The translations under genes were made by a program, and so were the position numbers. DNA of 64,000 nt, from assembly GCF_009914755.1 (NCBI RefSeq), contig NC_060927.1; one strand, 5' to 3'. This document shows, one piece after another, positions 59,901 to 64,000 of this stretch. The notes beneath the pieces were generated by a model. It did no database searches. It was not told the origin of the DNA and worked only from the letters and a program-made list of their open reading frames with translations. Numbering within the stretch: the first letter of the stretch is position 1; the number at the start of each line of letters is the position of its first letter. The stretch is from the human T2T-CHM13v2.0 reference genome, Homo sapiens.

Positions 59901-60441
59901 GTTAAATGGAGTTTAAGGAAAAATCTTTTAAATTTTTTTTTCTTTTTCTTTTTGTACAGGACTTAGAACCCCAAAATCTTTTGTTATTACGTTTTTTTCA
60001 CACAGGTTAAGAATTTTTTTCTACAACAATTTAGGTTTTAAATTTCTCCAAAAATGGTTTGAAGGAGCTTACAATGAAAGATATAAATTTTATTGGACTA
60101 AAATTAGAATAACAAAAATAGTAAATAGGAGGAAAAAGCAGATATGATATTCACAAGGTAGATTTACTTATTTAGGAATAAGTAGGATTAATGTATTGAT
60201 TTGCTTAATTGATGCTTACTATTAAGTTCAACTGTGAGATTCTTTAGTTAATCTTTTGTTATAAGAGAAGGACACATTGACTCTTTAAGAGGAAGATATT
60301 GTCATGGTACTAAATTCTGGCAGTAATTTATCACATGGGCATTATTCAGGGGAGTTTGCGTGTTTGTTTAGCTACAGCAAGACTTTTACACTGAATGTTC
60401 CTAGTCAGAAATCATTATCTACCTAGTGAGTTTTTCCATGA

Positions 60442-60797
<356 letters not shown>

Positions 60798-63700
60798 CCA
60801 TCCCTTCTTTTTGCTATAGTGACCATGTTTACCTTACTAATTCTCAATGGAGACTAATTCTGAACAGGACATCTGTTTCTGTGGGCAGAGAGTTGCAATG
60901 ATTAGAAACCAGGATAGGGAAGAAAGTAGGGGCAGGGGGAATCAAAAGTTGTTGTTCAGGCACAGTAAATGACCCATCACTTGAAAAGTTGAGCTGTTGT
61001 CATCAGCCATTGGGCTTCCTTAGAAACCCTTTGCTTCCTTTTGATCTTAAATCTTTTCACATATCTTCCTTTATGGAGATCTGCCAGTTTTTTGTTAAAA
61101 ACATTAAGCTGTGTGCTGTCTCTGAAGACTATCTTTTGGGAGACAGGTTTCCTCCTGGAGAGGGCTATGACAAGAATGCTGTTGGTGCGTACACGAGCAG
61201 ATCTTGGCAGATGTTTTTAATTGCTCAAGCGTGTAATTGTGGAATAGGAGGCCTCTGAAGCTTAGTGCAGCATCTATTGTTGCAAGAGAGGTAAGACTCT
61301 GCATCCTTTAGAGGCAGGAAACATCAAGGACACCCAGGTTTCCAGACAGCAGTGTAGAAAGAGTACAAGTGAGCAGAGCTGATGGATTCCAAGAAACACA
61401 TTTTTTTACTTATTACTTTCTGAAGGTGGACATATATTACCTTGAGACAGCAGACAGAAAATTCTTTTTAAAACAACCTTCCTATTTGTTTTGCATGCTC
61501 TTTCTCTTCAATTAATTTCCACACTGGATTATTTGCCTAACAAAGTACAATGTTAATAATCGATTTAGGGATAAATGGAGAAGAGAGGAATGTGAAAAAC
61601 ACTGTAAGTTGACTTAACTATACAAAACAATCTTAATGATATTTAGAAAACCTGAGAGTTACCAGTCAAGAACTTGCTTTATGTAACACTTACAGATGCA
61701 GATGACTTTGGAAATATGCTAATTTTAGTTGGCCTTTGTGAACCACCCCCTGAGGTAAAAGTTGTCTGGAAAGTGGCTCATCTTCCTCCTTTTGAGTCCC
61801 TTGCACCCCTCTCTCCTTTGGCTGCAGAAAGGGTTTTAAGAAGAAATCTGTGAAAAAGGGGCAAGCAGAAAGTGTCTTTTCCCCTATCATCTCTCCCCTT
61901 TCCTGTGTGGATCAAGTTTCCCCAAAGATAACATATTAGAGGATGCATATACACACGTAATGTGCTTATTAAAACATGTCACTGTTAGTAGATTCCTGTC
62001 CATTACTGGAAAAAAAAATTCCCAGAGAAATTAAAATGAAGGGCATATGTTTAAAATTACAATGTTCTCTGTCACTGTAAAACTTAAAGCTACTCAGTGG
62101 CTACCACACCTTGGCTTTCTATTGGTTTTCTTTATTTGGTTAATAAATGAGATTACATTGTCCTCACCCCATTCTATCATAAAGCGTTTGGTTTTAGAAT
62201 GCTTCCTGGAGATTTTGCTTCTTATAAATAACTTAGAAAAAAACTACAAACATTTCCTAGATGGCATTTATTGCTATAAACAGACTCTTAAGTTGTCTAT
62301 TATTAAATATATCTACTGTGATAGACTTTCTAAAAACTTTGAATTATGCAGATGATTCCCACTATTAACCATCTTTACTCCCTACTTGCTTATAAAGTTT
62401 AGAGTTTTGCAGATTGTTCTGTTATTTTGTATTTTTCTTAATGCCTTGCTTCCACCTGTGAAAGAGATATTTTTAAGCCATTTTGGAAGTAGAAACCTAA
62501 TATGTAATCTTGACCCAACAGGATACCGCCCTTGGTGAGGCTTTCCTGCTAGGATTACTCACAGTGATTCTGGAATGCCATTTCACTGTTACAGGCATTC
62601 CTCATGGCTTAAAACAGGCACCTTAGTATTAGGACAATGAGCTTTATTGTCTGTGATAAAAAGGTCAACAGTTGTTTTATTAGTTGATAAGATATTTCAT
62701 GTAAGATGACAATTAAAGAGCTAAATGTCAAAGCTTGGAAGAGCTGCTTACCTTTGTCCTAACAAACCTGAGGTACTAAATGCTGAATCGTTGAATCACT
62801 TTAGAAAGCTACAAAGTAAAGAATAAAGAATATAAATATGAATAAAGCATACAGAATATGACATGATGGATGGCTTCTTAAATGTATTATCAGGATTGTC
62901 AAATAAATTTAGTGAACCTAGTAAAATATACTCAACTTAATGGGTTTTTTGGGGGGTTAATTTGAAGATTTTTTTTAATAATTAGTGACAAATATTCAAT
63001 AATTTACTCAACTGGGCTGCTGTTTTCAATTTTCATTTGTGAAACTGTATAATTATTGACTTGCTGATCCAAAAAAATTACTTCTTTTTCAAAAAGGGAT
63101 AATTTAAATAAATAATACATTCATACTGACATATAGTATATATAGAAAAATTGGTCTCTACCAGGTGATATCCAGGATAACTAACCAGAAATTCTAGAAA
63201 GAAGAAGCTATTTGTAATTCACTCCATTCTCTTCTTGAAGAATAAACAGTCACATTTTGACTGTGTGTGTGATCTACAATATTGCCTTCTTCCCTGGCCA
63301 TCTGTCATAGCTCCATTCAGGAGTGTAACTATGCACTCTCTCACTTGTTTCTTGACTTTCTTATTTCTTGCCGATGAACCAATTTTTCCATGAAATAATT
63401 TTATGAATGGTGGCCAGTGTCCTGTTTTAGGGAGTGTCTTAGATGCTATATAGCAAGAAGGTCTATAGGACAAAGAGAGGAAATAGTGCACTAACACAAA
63501 AGTGAAGCATCAATTAATTTAATACTGAGTGTGTAGTTTTAAAATATTTTATGGCTCCCCAAAGTGATGTGCCCTTGCTTTTCCAACTTGTGTTGAGAAG
63601 GAAATACATAAGCATGAATGCTCATTTGCAGGTAACCCTAGCAGCAAGACCCAACAGTATGCCTAGAGATTCAAGAGGCTTTTGCAGATGTCCTCACCTG

Positions 63701-64000
63701 GAAGATGGGAGAGAATATTGTGCTTGTAATAACCATAGCATCATGCCCAAGAGATCCCGAGGAAGATGCCACAAGTCTTCTGTCAGTTCTAGTTCTCTGT
63801 TATGCTGAACTTTCTCTATAACCTTGGAGAAGTCATCTCAATCTCTATATACCACACCTTTCTTATCTGTGTAATCTCTTAGTTCTTTTAGCTTCAAAAG
63901 GATATGAATTGGCCAACTGAAGTTGGTTTGTCTCAACTCTCCTGAGAGCCTAACTGCCAAGGATGGCATCATGTGGGAAAAACACATCAGAGCTCCAAGC

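Overview
Primate (human-type) genomic DNA covering the 5' half of PHLDB2 (LL5-beta) on the + strand. It contains a CpG-island promoter (~4.3-5.8 kb) with two candidate first-exon donors (4603, 4905), the 1349-nt start-codon exon (29101-30449), a candidate internal promoter with an in-frame 31-codon alternative first exon (56701-56793), and the next coding exon (58388-58771). The rest is intronic and repeat-rich: ~26 Alus, four L1PA pieces, near-full-length Tigger1 and Tigger2, Tigger3-type, MER1A, MER20, MER30, MER94, L2, MIR, LTRs and microsatellites. Main observations: (1) all three candidate first exons carry an out-of-frame upstream AUG whose ORF overlaps the main start codon; (2) a U3 snoRNA/L1 chimeric retrocopy sits inside Tigger2; (3) two L1s of different age 17,350 bp apart share a 343/344-nt tract, suggesting non-allelic gene conversion, and they flank the start-codon exon; (4) read-through past the exon donor at 30449 gives a hydrophobic, possibly membrane-anchoring tail; (5) a Tigger3 composite encloses an older MIR and a tiny poly(A) retro-insert. 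There are no prokaryotic-type systems. Repeat names and subfamilies come from recalled consensus sequences, not a database run, and repeat boundaries are approximate unless TSDs/TIRs are given.
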